Source: Thermoplasmata archaeon (GTDB lineage Archaea; Thermoplasmatota; Thermoplasmata; Halarchaeoplasmatales; Halarchaeoplasmataceae). Taken from it: 64,000 nucleotides of DNA. Where the stretch lies: positions 5,377 through 69,376 of the forward strand of contig PUNG01000152.1 of assembly GCA_003551675.1 (NCBI GenBank). Direction: 5' to 3'. The translations under genes were made by a program, and so were the position numbers. Under the pieces are notes generated by a model that was not told the origin of the DNA, did no database searches, and saw only the letters and a list, made by a program, of their open reading frames with translations. Shown piece after piece: positions 1-11,532 of the stretch. Numbering within the stretch: the first letter of the stretch is position 1; every line of letters starts with the position of its first letter.

Positions 1-2
1 AT

Positions 3-1142
3 CCTGAAGAAGGTACTCATACCTACGAAGAAGGTGCTGAGGTGACTGTTACAGCAACATCTGACGCAGGCTGGTACTTCGACGGATGGACAGGAGATCA
101 TGAAGGGACGGAAGAAGAGATCACCATTACCATGGTCGATGACAAAGAAGTGACAGCAGTGTTTGAAGAAGATGTAGAGTATTACGAACTTACGTTAGAC
201 GTAGAAGGCGAAGGTGAAGTAAACATCGATCCTTATCAAGAGGAGTACGAAGAGGGTACCGAAGTTGAATTGACTGCTGTACCAGAAAAAGGTCACGTGT
301 TCGTGGAATGGACCGGTGATGCGGAAGGAACGGAGGAAGAGATCACCATCACCATGGACGGCAACAAGGAGATAACAGCGGTGTTCGAAGAGGAAGAGTA
401 TCATGAGCTCACAGTAAACGTAGAAGGTGAAGGCGAAGTAGAAATTGAGCCGGATCAAGATGAATACGAAGAGGGAACTGAAGTCGAATTGACAGCCTCA
501 CCGGAAGAGGACTGGGTATTTCTAGAATGGATCGGAGATAAAACCAGTACAGACACGACTATACAGGTCACAATGGACTCTGACAAGTCCATAACGGCAC
601 ACTTCGAGGAGTTAGGAGAAGCATATTTTGAAGTGAGTATAGTATCTCCTGAAGACGGTGAGGAATTTGAAAAAGGTGAAGAGATAGTCGTGGACTACGA
701 AGTAATGAATACTGGTGTGGTTACAGGCGAACAGGACATCGAATTTTACGTCGGCGGTGAGTTAGTAGACACAGAAGAAGGAGTCGAGATCGAACCCGAC
801 GGAACTTACGAAGGTCAATTTACTTGGGAGGTCGAAGAAGACGGTGCCGTCGAACTAGAGGTTCACAGTTCGGATGAAGGTGAAGTAGATTCGATCTCGT
901 TGACGATCTCTTCCATGGATGATCCGGAGGATGACGACTTCCCCTGGTGGCTGATCTTGGTCGTTCTCATAGTGCTAGCCTTAGTCGCTGTGATCTTCTT
1001 TGTGACTACGACTAAATCAGAGGAAGATGAAGAAGCAAACGAAAAAGTAGATGAGGATGATGAACCTGCAGATATCCCTATGAGCTCTACCGAGAAGAAA
1101 ACTTTCGTACATCCCGCCAAAAAAAGAAAAAATAGAAAGTAA
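3..1142 (+). CDS. Cell-surface repeat protein, 3' portion (5'-truncated by window edge); Listeria-Bacteroides-type ~90-aa repeats, CARDB-like domain, C-terminal TM anchor plus acidic tail
   Basis: The reading frame is open from nt 3 (PEEGTHTYEEGAEVTVTATSDAGWYFDGWTGD...). About 4 repeats of the unit E.EG.GEV.I.P..EYEEGTEVELTA.PE.GW.F.EWTGD...T...I.ITMD..K.ITA.FEE are paralogous to repeats in the 16546..19575 protein. The C-terminus has a hydrophobic helix WWLILVVLIVLALVAVIFFV followed by an acidic/K-rich tail. Confidence 0.75.
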   Translation, partial: PEEGTHTYEEGAEVTVTATSDAGWYFDGWTGDHEGTEEEITITMVDDKEVTAVFEEDVEYYELTLDVEGEGEVNIDPYQEEYEEGTEVELTAVPEKGHVFVEWTGDAEGTEEEITITMDGNKEITAVFEEEEYHELTVNVEGEGEVEIEPDQDEYEEGTEVELTASPEEDWVFLEWIGDKTSTDTTIQVTMDSDKSITAHFEELGEAYFEVSIVSPEDGEEFEKGEEIVVDYEVMNTGVVTGEQDIEFYVGGELVDTEEGVEIEPDGTYEGQFTWEVEEDGAVELEVHSSDEGEVDSISLTISSMDDPEDDDFPWWLILVVLIVLALVAVIFFVTTTKSEEDEEANEKVDEDDEPADIPMSSTEKKTFVHPAKKRKNRK

Positions 1143-1169
1143 AGTTCGAGAGAGGACTTTGATTGATGA

Positions 1170-2507
1170 TCACTCATTGTTCTCATCGATACTCTTCAAT
1201 GAACTCTTGTCCGGTTCTTTGACGGTAAAGTTGATGAAGATAACACCGATCAGGCCGACGAACAGGGCCAAGAAGAACGGCACCCGAAGTCCCATAAAGT
1301 CAGCCACGATACCGCCCAAAAAGGATCCAGATGCGAAGGCCAAGTTCTGGGCAAAATTGTAAACCCCCATCATCTTACCCCTGTGCTGTATGGGGCTCAA
1401 AGAGGAAACGAAAGCGGGAAAAGAAGGTCTTGCCAATGCTCTTCCTACTGTGTAAAATCCTACTGCGAACATTATGAAAAAGAAACCGGTCGAAAGTCCT
1501 ATGACACCCGAGAAGATTGCAGATATCAATATGCCCGACACGATCAATTTTTTTCTACCTATCCTATCGGACAGACTGCCGGCGGGGAACATCACTATCA
1601 CCTGAACTACTCCTATCAGCGTGAAGATAAGAGAGATCTGGAACGCCGATAAGTACAGTATCTCGTCTCCGAACAAAGACAACATGGACCATACCATGGC
1701 CAGGCCAAAGAAGACGGTGAAGGAGCCCACCGTGAGACCCAAGAAAGTTTTTGGATATGGGGTAATATCGGTGAGCTTGAACTTCAAGAATGAGAACGGA
1801 TGTCTTTTCTCACGAGAAACCGGTGAAATTTTCTTAGAACCTTCATAGGATTCCTTGACACCTACCAGTAAAAGTACGCCGCTCAGTGCGGCCAGTCCCG
1901 AAGTGAAGAAAAAAGGAACAGCGAGCGTGTAGTAACTAGCGATGAGCCCTCCTAAGATAGGGCCGGTAGCGTTACCGCTGGCGAAGGCCACGGAATACAG
2001 ACCCATGGCCTTTCCTCTATCTTCCTCTTTTACAACGTCACCGATATAAGTCATGGCCACGGGCCAAACCAGGCCCGACGCCGCACCTTGACCTCCTCTA
2101 TATATGAATAATTCAGGCAGTGTTCTGGCGGAACCGAAGAGGAACATCACTATCATGTACATGAACATGCCTCCGACCATGATGGGTTTCCTTCCGTACA
2201 TGTCCGCAAGTTTTCCACCTATGGGTGCGATGAAAATCTTTACCAAAGAAAAGATGCCCAGCATCAGCCCTATATGTGTCTTGGTAGCTCCAAAGTCTCT
2301 TGCATATATGGGTAGAAAGGGCATTATAAGCCCGAATCCCAACATACTTACAAAAACGGCGAAAGTCAGCACGGACAGCTCTTTGTACTTCAGCACGATC
2401 TTGAGATCGGATAGGATACTCTTTATGCCGAATGGTTCTAGTTCTTCAGAGGCACTCATCTGATTTTTCATTACGTACACGGCATTATTAAACGTTTGCA
2501 TTACCAT
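1170..2507 (-). CDS. Major facilitator superfamily transporter
   Basis: 445 aa with about 12 predicted TM helices. It has an MFS-like GxLaDrxGrkp motif (GGKLADMYGRKP) and two 6-TM halves. Confidence 0.8.
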   Translation of the reverse strand: MVMQTFNNAVYVMKNQMSASEELEPFGIKSILSDLKIVLKYKELSVLTFAVFVSMLGFGLIMPFLPIYARDFGATKTHIGLMLGIFSLVKIFIAPIGGKLADMYGRKPIMVGGMFMYMIVMFLFGSARTLPELFIYRGGQGAASGLVWPVAMTYIGDVVKEEDRGKAMGLYSVAFASGNATGPILGGLIASYYTLAVPFFFTSGLAALSGVLLLVGVKESYEGSKKISPVSREKRHPFSFLKFKLTDITPYPKTFLGLTVGSFTVFFGLAMVWSMLSLFGDEILYLSAFQISLIFTLIGVVQVIVMFPAGSLSDRIGRKKLIVSGILISAIFSGVIGLSTGFFFIMFAVGFYTVGRALARPSFPAFVSSLSPIQHRGKMMGVYNFAQNLAFASGSFLGGIVADFMGLRVPFFLALFVGLIGVIFINFTVKEPDKSSLKSIDENNE

Positions 2508-2621
2508 ACAAACAAAAATTCCCCTCTACTCAGTAAAAAATCCTGATAGCCATCCTTTCTGTAGAAATAGCGACGGTCCCCCTACCGCCAAATTTAAAAA
2601 TGAGTATGCACAATAGCTAAC

Positions 2622-3488
2622 ATGGGTCCGGTCCTCAGAGCTCTGATATGGTTCTTACCCGCCTTGGTTTTACTCGTTATTATCGCTTTACCTCTTTTCG
2701 ACGAGGATGGTAAGCTGAGGAGGAACTATGATGACTTCGATAGTTCTCTTTGGAAGGCAAGGGGAGGTATCTTGATCCTATCCCTAGTTTTCTTGGCACT
2801 GCAGATAGAAAATTTGATACAAGATTCCTACGAGCCCGGTCTGAGGATGTCTCAGCAATTCTACAGTTTTTCAGGAGTATCTCACGTTGTATGGCTTCAG
2901 GAGAACCTTGCCAATGGTGTGGTGATCCATTTTTTTTCTCTTTTTTACTTGGTAGGACTTCCCTTTTTGTTGGCTTTCATACCCACTTTTTTCTTGTTGA
3001 GAGGCGAGAACGATCTTTTTGAGCTGTACGCGAAAGCGGTGGCAGTCAACATGGTCTGTTTGATCGTGGCTTATCTATCTTTCCACGTTTGGATCCCGGC
3101 TTTTCAAAGCGAATCCGTTTTACCTTTGATGCACGAGATCCCACAATACGAAGGGATCATCAAACTCGTGAACAGACAGGTGAACAGTTTCCCTAGCGGA
3201 CATACCAGCTTAACTTTTACTCTCATGCTGATAGCTCTATACAAGACCGAGCTGAAGAGGCTGGCCTGGTTCGGAGTGGCATTTACGGTTTTAACCGTCT
3301 TCGCCATCACCTTTCTGGGATCGCACTGGTTCGTGGACGTGCTCGGCGGCATGGCGGTGGGAAGTTTCGCTTATTGGATAACTTCAACCGGGAAGATAGA
3401 TCCTTTCTTTGAACCTATCATGGAACGCTTTGATCGATTGACACTCAGGTGGTCAAAGGAGAGAACTTACCGTAAGGATAAAACCTAA
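2622..3488 (+). CDS. PAP2-superfamily membrane phosphatase
   Basis: Polytopic membrane protein carrying PAP2 signature motifs: SFPSGHTS (PSGH) and GSHWFVDVLGG (SRx5Hx3D-like). Confidence 0.7.
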   Translation: MGPVLRALIWFLPALVLLVIIALPLFDEDGKLRRNYDDFDSSLWKARGGILILSLVFLALQIENLIQDSYEPGLRMSQQFYSFSGVSHVVWLQENLANGVVIHFFSLFYLVGLPFLLAFIPTFFLLRGENDLFELYAKAVAVNMVCLIVAYLSFHVWIPAFQSESVLPLMHEIPQYEGIIKLVNRQVNSFPSGHTSLTFTLMLIALYKTELKRLAWFGVAFTVLTVFAITFLGSHWFVDVLGGMAVGSFAYWITSTGKIDPFFEPIMERFDRLTLRWSKERTYRKDKT

Positions 3489-3514
3489 ATGTATATCCTT
3501 CTTTTAATGGATAT

Positions 3515-4549
3515 ATGATATACAGTGAAGACGAACTAGACCTGCGGCTGCTACGTTTCCTTCTTTCGGGCGAAGGGGTCCACGTCAATGTAAGCGAGCT
3601 ATCCAGAGATCTAGATATACATTGGGCCACGGCAAAGAAAAAACTTCAGTTTTTGTACGACCGCGGTATATTGGCGCCGCCGTTCTACCCCTTCCTTCAG
3701 CTATTCGACGAGTATCCTTTGCTGGTACTGGTCAAGGCCGACATGCCGAGAACCCAGGGTGTTAAAAACTTTTACCGGGACGATTCGCATATATTCGCGG
3801 CATTCTCCTGCATGGAGGGCTTTTACAACACCTTTCTTCTAGAATTCTTCGAAAGTTTGGAGGACTATCACTCGTGGCGGAGTGAGATAGTCAAAGAGAA
3901 CAAGATCCCGGCAAGAGGAGAAAGGACACCCGCACAATCAGAATTCTTCAGCAACAGGCTGACCTTCAAATATGAACCTAACTGCTTCATCCACAAGATC
4001 GTGAGGGAATTCGAAGATCAGGGTTTTGTGGAGTTGAACGGGATAAAGATAGAATATAATACATTCCACATACTGGAGAAGGTGATGAAAGGGGAAGGCA
4101 TCCGGACCAATTACTCCTACATAGGTAGAGAGATAGGTGCTAACAGAAAAACGGTGAAGAGAAGGATAGATTCTCTTTTGGACAAAAAAATCATAGATAG
4201 GCCGGCGTGTTATTTTCCGAACCTGTTGATCCCGCCGGGCTACAATCTGATCGTGACCATGATAGAGGCGCGATCGGATATAGACGAAGTGAAGGCCTTT
4301 TTAGAAAGGGATGATAACGTTCCCAGGGCAGTAGAGACCAGTACAGAGAGATACAATTTTCTTGTATTCTCTGCCTTCGAAAGTATGGAGGAGTTTTTCG
4401 AATGGGGCGAGAAACTAAATTCCAAGTTTCCTGAAGCTATAGGAGCCATCTCTAAGACCATATTATCTTCCAGGATGGTGCACCTCATCGAGCCGCAGAA
4501 GGTCTCCTTGGGGTTCATCGAAAGGAGGTTATGGAATATCAAGAGTTGA
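3515..4549 (+). CDS. Lrp/AsnC-like transcriptional regulator, tandem-duplicated (two HTH + RAM-like units)
   Basis: There are two winged-HTH-like segments (LRFLLSGEGVHVNVSELSRDLDIHWATAKKKLQFLYDRGIL and NYSYIGREIGANRKTVKRRIDSLLDKKII). Each is followed by a beta-alpha-beta-like segment (LLVLVKAD..., NLIVTMIEAR...). Confidence 0.5.
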   Translation: MIYSEDELDLRLLRFLLSGEGVHVNVSELSRDLDIHWATAKKKLQFLYDRGILAPPFYPFLQLFDEYPLLVLVKADMPRTQGVKNFYRDDSHIFAAFSCMEGFYNTFLLEFFESLEDYHSWRSEIVKENKIPARGERTPAQSEFFSNRLTFKYEPNCFIHKIVREFEDQGFVELNGIKIEYNTFHILEKVMKGEGIRTNYSYIGREIGANRKTVKRRIDSLLDKKIIDRPACYFPNLLIPPGYNLIVTMIEARSDIDEVKAFLERDDNVPRAVETSTERYNFLVFSAFESMEEFFEWGEKLNSKFPEAIGAISKTILSSRMVHLIEPQKVSLGFIERRLWNIKS

Positions 4550-4692
4550 AAAGTTGAGATAGATCACCATATATCTTACTCACCTTCTTTAAAAATCTAA
4601 CATATAGCCTTTAATATCATAGAAAGGTGGATGTTATTTTTTAAAAAAATACACCATCTTATCTACTTTTCTCACATGATTTTGTAAAAAGG

Positions 4693-4702
4693 TTTTTTAT
4701 AC
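4693..4702 (+). promoter_or_regulatory. Putative archaeal TATA box upstream of gdhA
   Basis: A TTTTTATACT element sits about 40 bp upstream of the ATG at 4740, in an AT-rich intergenic region. Confidence 0.25.
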
Positions 4703-4739
4703 TACCCATTTTCTCCCCAAATCACCTATAGGTGGAAAT

Positions 4740-6026
4740 ATGACGGAAGATGGTTATAACCCATATAAGATGGCCCAGGAACAGTTCGACAGGATAGCTG
4801 AAAAGTTAGATCTTGAAGAATCACTGAGGGAACTGCTTAGAGAACCGATAAGGGAATATCACTTCAACCTGCCCGTGAAGATGGACGAAGGCGGGACTAA
4901 AGTTTTCAAAGCCTTCAGGGTTCAGCATAACGATGCTTTAGGACCGTGTAAAGGCGGCATCAGGTTCCATCCCGAAGAAACTATCGATACGGTAAGAGCC
5001 TTGGCCATGTGGATGACATGGAAAACGGCTGTTGCAGACCTTCCTCTCGGAGGCGGGAAAGGAGGCGTTATCTGTGACCCGAGAGAACTCTCAGATAGAG
5101 AGCAAGAAAGGATATGTCGAGAATATATCAAGGCGATAAATAAGAATATAGGGCCTCTACAAGACGTTCCTGCCCCGGATGTGATGACTACGGCACAACA
5201 CATGCTTTGGATGATGGATGAATACGAATGTATCAAAGGAGGACAATATCCAGGCGTCATAACCGGTAAACCCGAAGGTAAGGGTGGCTCGAAGGGTAGG
5301 ACTGAAGCTACAGGTTACGGAGTGATCTACGTTTTGAGAGAACTTCTTGACGAAATCGATCGAGATTTTGAAGAGATCACTGCATCGATACAGGGCTTCG
5401 GAAATGTTGCTCAACACGCTGCCGAACTCTTCATCGAGTACGGAGGAACTTTGGTATCAGTATCCTGCTGGGACCAAGAAGACAAGAAAGCTTACTGTTA
5501 TTATAGAGAAGACGGAGTATGTATCGATGAACTCAGAAGCATAACTGATCGCTATGGAAGTATAGATAAGAAAAAGGCTAAAGAGAGAGGTTACGAACAA
5601 TTCCCTGGAGATGATTGGTTAAAACACGAAGTTGACTTATTGATACCCGCCGCACTTGAGAACGCGATAAATGAAGACAACGTGGACGATATACCTTCCT
5701 GCGTGGAACTGATAGTATCAGGCGCCAACGGCCCGATAACTCCCGAGGCCGACGAAATCCTCGAAGATAGAGATATGATAGTTGTACCGGACTTTTTGGC
5801 GAATTCGGGTGGAGTAACCTGTAGTTACTTTGAACAGGTACAGAACAACCAAAATTATTATTGGCCGAAAGACGAAGTTCTAGAAAAACTAGATAACAGT
5901 ATGACCAAGGCTTTCCACGAAGTTTGGGACATGGCACAGGAAAAAGACGTCAGGATGAGAGACGCGGCCTATATGATTTCTATAAACAAGGTTGCCGAGG
6001 CCTGTAAAGCGAGAGGCTGGATCTGA
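4740..6026 (+). CDS. gdhA: Glutamate dehydrogenase
   Basis: Carries the Glu/Leu/Phe/Val dehydrogenase signature with the catalytic lysine (GPCKGGIRFHP), plus a Rossmann GFGNVAQH segment; 428 aa. Confidence 0.9.
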   Translation: MTEDGYNPYKMAQEQFDRIAEKLDLEESLRELLREPIREYHFNLPVKMDEGGTKVFKAFRVQHNDALGPCKGGIRFHPEETIDTVRALAMWMTWKTAVADLPLGGGKGGVICDPRELSDREQERICREYIKAINKNIGPLQDVPAPDVMTTAQHMLWMMDEYECIKGGQYPGVITGKPEGKGGSKGRTEATGYGVIYVLRELLDEIDRDFEEITASIQGFGNVAQHAAELFIEYGGTLVSVSCWDQEDKKAYCYYREDGVCIDELRSITDRYGSIDKKKAKERGYEQFPGDDWLKHEVDLLIPAALENAINEDNVDDIPSCVELIVSGANGPITPEADEILEDRDMIVVPDFLANSGGVTCSYFEQVQNNQNYYWPKDEVLEKLDNSMTKAFHEVWDMAQEKDVRMRDAAYMISINKVAEACKARGWI

Positions 6027-6122
6027 CGGAGTTAGGATCAGTACGAACTTAAAAACCCCCATCATCCATTCCAAAATTGGCCGAGAGTAATAAAATAATA
6101 CAAATCAGATGGAGTGTAATCT

Positions 6123-8341
<2,219 letters not shown>

Positions 8342-8399
8342 CAAAGTGCTTGAGCAAAGATCATTTCGATAGTTTTTAATCCTAGAAGTCGTTAAAGTA

Positions 8400-8879
8400 A
8401 TGCTCATGGATCATCTAGAGGACCTGTACGGAAAGCTTTCTGATCTGTACTCCAAAGAAGAGTTCTATCAGGAGATCGAAAAAAGGAAGGAAGAGTTCAA
8501 CGATCTCTTGGACGAAGAGGCTTTAGCGTACCTTATCGTAGCCGAAGAGGATAGGAACGAAGAGGCTTTGGACGATATAGAGAGCGTTGGACCTGGAGAC
8601 GAATGTACAGTAGAAGGTGAGGTAGTTGATCTAGGGGTTCTGCGGACTTTTGAGAACAAAAACGGACAAGGTAGAGTCAGGAACGTACGTATCGACGACG
8701 GTACCGGTTCCATAAAAGTGGTTTTCTGGAACGAAGAGACCGATAGGATAGAAGACGAGTTCGAGACCGGAACTGTCATAAGAGTGGCCAACGGCTACGT
8801 ACAGGATAGAGGGTACGGAAAGCAGATATCTGCGGGAAAATGGGGCGAAGTCAAAGTGATAGATAGGAAAAAGGATTAA
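8400..8879 (+). CDS. OB-fold ssDNA-binding (RPA/SSB-like) protein with N-terminal helical extension
   Basis: The C-terminal ~90 aa resemble an RPA-type OB fold (RVRNVRIDDGTGSIKVVFWNEETD...GTVIRVANGYV). Confidence 0.45.
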   Translation: MLMDHLEDLYGKLSDLYSKEEFYQEIEKRKEEFNDLLDEEALAYLIVAEEDRNEEALDDIESVGPGDECTVEGEVVDLGVLRTFENKNGQGRVRNVRIDDGTGSIKVVFWNEETDRIEDEFETGTVIRVANGYVQDRGYGKQISAGKWGEVKVIDRKKD

Positions 8880-8903
8880 TATCTTTATCTCTATCCCCCT
8901 TCG

Positions 8904-9122
8904 ATGGCAGAACAAGATAGAAAGGAAGGATTTATCGAAGAATTGGTCGAATGTCATTTCTGTGCAGGATTCATCCCCGACGAGTTCAAATGTATCTTGT
9001 GCGGGGAGGATCTTTTGGATACGGAGATGACCACCCGAACGAAAACGGTTTGTTCTAACTGTCGTACCGATGTGAACGAAGATGCGGAGGAATGCTTAAA
9101 CTGTGGTACCGCCTTCACCTAA
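8904..9122 (+). CDS. Small zinc-ribbon protein
   Basis: Four CxxC pairs (CHFCAG...CILCGE...CSNCRTD...CLNCGT). Confidence 0.4.
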   Translation: MAEQDRKEGFIEELVECHFCAGFIPDEFKCILCGEDLLDTEMTTRTKTVCSNCRTDVNEDAEECLNCGTAFT

Positions 9123-9176
9123 GATCTATCCGGAAACAACAAATTTCTTAAAATACATACAAGGTCGCGAAGAAAC

Positions 9177-9827
9177 ATGGATGATAAAGAGCTCACCTAT
9201 GAAGATGTCTTAGACGTTTTGGAGAGAGAGAAAGGATCCGAACAGCCGTGCGCTTTACCGGATGATTTTTACCGCCGCCTAAGGGAATACATACAAAGGT
9301 TGGAAGAGAGGAGCGAAGAGATCGGTGTAGCTCCCAGCGATAAAAGGGAAAGGAGGATGCAAAGACAGCATGAAAAGGTGAAACAGATCGCTAATCATTT
9401 TTTTAAAGAGCGTCAGAAGAAGATAATTTTAGCCGCTTATCACAGATCATTAGGCCAGAGAGTAAATACTGATAATCTGATAGATCGTGAACAACAGCTT
9501 TTGAACGAAGTTTCTAGTCTTTTGAAAGACTTGAAGAACCTCGTCTTCTTAGGAGAGTACAAACGCAAAACTAAAGATGAAGAAAAGAAAAAGGTCGAAG
9601 AGGTCAGGGAGGAAAAAGATGTGGAAGAAGAACCGTCGGAAAAACCCTCTTTAGAAAAAAAAGTAGAACCCCATGAAGAACTGCTTGTACACATAATCGA
9701 TGACGTGCCTCCCTTCGTGGACGTAAACACCTCTTACGATCTAAAGAAAGAAGATGTAGTGACGCTTCATGAAGAAATAGCTAACGTTCTGATAGAGAGG
9801 GGTAAAGCTAGGAAGGTAAAGCTGTGA
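9177..9827 (+). CDS. GINS-like (Gins51/Gins15-type) replication protein, tentative
   Basis: The N-terminal helical pattern YEDVLDVLEREKGSEQPCALPDDFYRRLREYIQRL resembles the archaeal Gins51 A-domain. The protein has a K/E-rich linker and lies next to the OB-fold and Zn-ribbon genes. Confidence 0.35.
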   Translation: MDDKELTYEDVLDVLEREKGSEQPCALPDDFYRRLREYIQRLEERSEEIGVAPSDKRERRMQRQHEKVKQIANHFFKERQKKIILAAYHRSLGQRVNTDNLIDREQQLLNEVSSLLKDLKNLVFLGEYKRKTKDEEKKKVEEVREEKDVEEEPSEKPSLEKKVEPHEELLVHIIDDVPPFVDVNTSYDLKKEDVVTLHEEIANVLIERGKARKVKL

Positions 9828-9843
9828 AAAGTATCTGTGAAGA

Positions 9844-10320
9844 TCAGAAAGCCGAGTCGTAATCTCCTTCGTCTATGAGTTTTTGGACTTCCCTAGGCTC
9901 TTTTTCATCCACGGTGATACCCATGGATACGCAGGTGCCTATGACCTCTTTGGTCTTCTGTTTCAAGTTTTTTCCGAGGAGATCATCTTCTTTCATCTCC
10001 GCGACCTCTTTAGCTTGTTTTATTGTTATGTTTCCCGCTTTACTGGTCTTAGGATTACCGCTCCCCTTTTCGATACCCGCCTTTTCTAAAACTAGGGCGG
10101 ATGTGGGAGGGGTACCTACTTCGATCTCGAAGTCACCAGATTCTGTATCGACCGTGAGTTTTATGGGGACTTTCATCCCTTCAAACTTGCCGGTCTTCTC
10201 GTTTATCGCGTTGACGATTTTCATTATGTCGACTCCGAGAGGTCCCAATTCAGGACCCAGCGGAGGTCCCGCGCTGGCTTCGCCGCCATCAATCAATGCT
10301 TCTATCGTTTCAGTTGCCAT
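9844..10320 (-). CDS. rpl11: 50S ribosomal protein L11 (uL11)
   Basis: uL11 signature SAGPPLGPELGPLGV; 158 aa. Confidence 0.9.
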   Translation of the reverse strand: MATETIEALIDGGEASAGPPLGPELGPLGVDIMKIVNAINEKTGKFEGMKVPIKLTVDTESGDFEIEVGTPPTSALVLEKAGIEKGSGNPKTSKAGNITIKQAKEVAEMKEDDLLGKNLKQKTKEVIGTCVSMGITVDEKEPREVQKLIDEGDYDSAF

Positions 10321-10346
10321 ATTATCATCTCTTTATGTGACTAATA

Positions 10347-11252
10347 TCATCTATCTTTTTCCAGGACTCTGACATGATCGCCTCTAACGGTAACGGGGAT
10401 GGGCACGGTGGCTTCGAACAGTTCCACGGTGATCTCGTCGTTATCTTTATCTATCTGGGCGACCCTTGCCTTCTCCCCCTTGAAAGGTCCTGCGGATAAC
10501 TCTACTATGTCCCCTTCCGCTATACCTTCCACTGCAAGTTTTGGAGCTAGAAAATGTTCTATCTCTTCGATACTCGTTTCGCCTCCTATGACCCCTTTGG
10601 CTTTCCTTGTACCGTCGGTGATCTCGTCGACCAGGGTTGGGTTCATTGCTTCTATAAATACGTATCCTCTGACTGGTTTTGGAGCTAGGATGGAAAAAAC
10701 GCCCATATCTTTATCTTTCGCCCAGGATGCTATGTAATCCGCGACGTTCTTCTCCTGGTTGATCTGAGTTTTCATGGCTATAACGGCCGGTCTCGCAGTA
10801 GTTACTAAAGTCAAAGAATCGGATAACATCTTATCTTTAGATGAAGTCGCATCGATTATGATCTCTGCTTTGTCTCCATAACTAGCTCCCTCTGGAGCAC
10901 GGACACCGATGGGCAACATAAATTCGTCATTTCCGTCAACTTTGATGGTCTTGTTGAATGAATCCGAAGGTTCTGACAATTTATCTCCGTCCCATAAGGT
11001 GATCTGCCACGGTATCGGGTTTTCCTCGTCCGAACTGTACAGTAGATGTATCCTCAAATCGATGCTGATCTCCGAAGACGAGGTGTTGACCAATTTGACA
11101 TTATAAGTGGTTTTTTCTCTAGTAGGGATGGATTTTTTGTAAGGTTCACACTTTAAAATGATTTCTTTCTCTTCCTTTTCCTCCTCTTCCTCGGGAAATT
11201 TTTCTTCTTCCTCTGTGATTTCGTCCTCGGTAAAGTCGTCTAACAGTCCCAT
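10347..11252 (-). CDS. spt5: Transcription elongation factor Spt5 (NusG family) with unusual ~150-aa N-terminal extension
   Basis: C-terminal NGN segment (VIAMKTQINQEKNVADYIA...RGYVFIEAMNPTLV) plus KOW segment (GDIVELSAGPFKGEKARVAQID). The N-terminal 150 aa are acidic (EEEEKFPEEEEEKEEKE) and followed by a beta-rich segment. Confidence 0.8.
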   Translation of the reverse strand: MGLLDDFTEDEITEEEEKFPEEEEEKEEKEIILKCEPYKKSIPTREKTTYNVKLVNTSSSEISIDLRIHLLYSSDEENPIPWQITLWDGDKLSEPSDSFNKTIKVDGNDEFMLPIGVRAPEGASYGDKAEIIIDATSSKDKMLSDSLTLVTTARPAVIAMKTQINQEKNVADYIASWAKDKDMGVFSILAPKPVRGYVFIEAMNPTLVDEITDGTRKAKGVIGGETSIEEIEHFLAPKLAVEGIAEGDIVELSAGPFKGEKARVAQIDKDNDEITVELFEATVPIPVTVRGDHVRVLEKDR

Positions 11253-11286
11253 GTTTTCACCTCGAATAGAATCCCTGATCTCATAA

Positions 11287-11532
11287 TCATCCCATCATGA
11301 AATAATCTGGTAAATTATTCCACAGCCAAGTAAGCAGAAAACCGACTGAGCCTATGAGCAGCAGTCCTCCTACGACTATGAGCAGGGTTTTTTTGAACTC
11401 TTCTCGATCTGGCTTTCTAGCCATCTTGAGAATCCTACCGTATTTGCCTTTTCCTATCTTTCCTGCTTTTTCTTCGATTTTATCTTGTATATTCCAGGAC
11501 CCTTCAATAATGTCCATCTGTTTTCCCCTCAT
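11287..11532 (-). CDS. secE: Preprotein translocase subunit SecE (Sec61 gamma)
   Basis: 81 aa with the motif KPDREEFKKTLLIVVGGLLLIGSVGFLLTWL and a single C-terminal TM. The ftsZ-secE-spt5-rpl11 order is conserved in archaea. Confidence 0.75.
   Translation of the reverse strand: MRGKQMDIIEGSWNIQDKIEEKAGKIGKGKYGRILKMARKPDREEFKKTLLIVVGGLLLIGSVGFLLTWLWNNLPDYFMMG

Noticed and set aside
9875-10372. 165-aa plus-strand ORF
   Set aside because: Antisense to rpl11 (uL11), which has a diagnostic signature.
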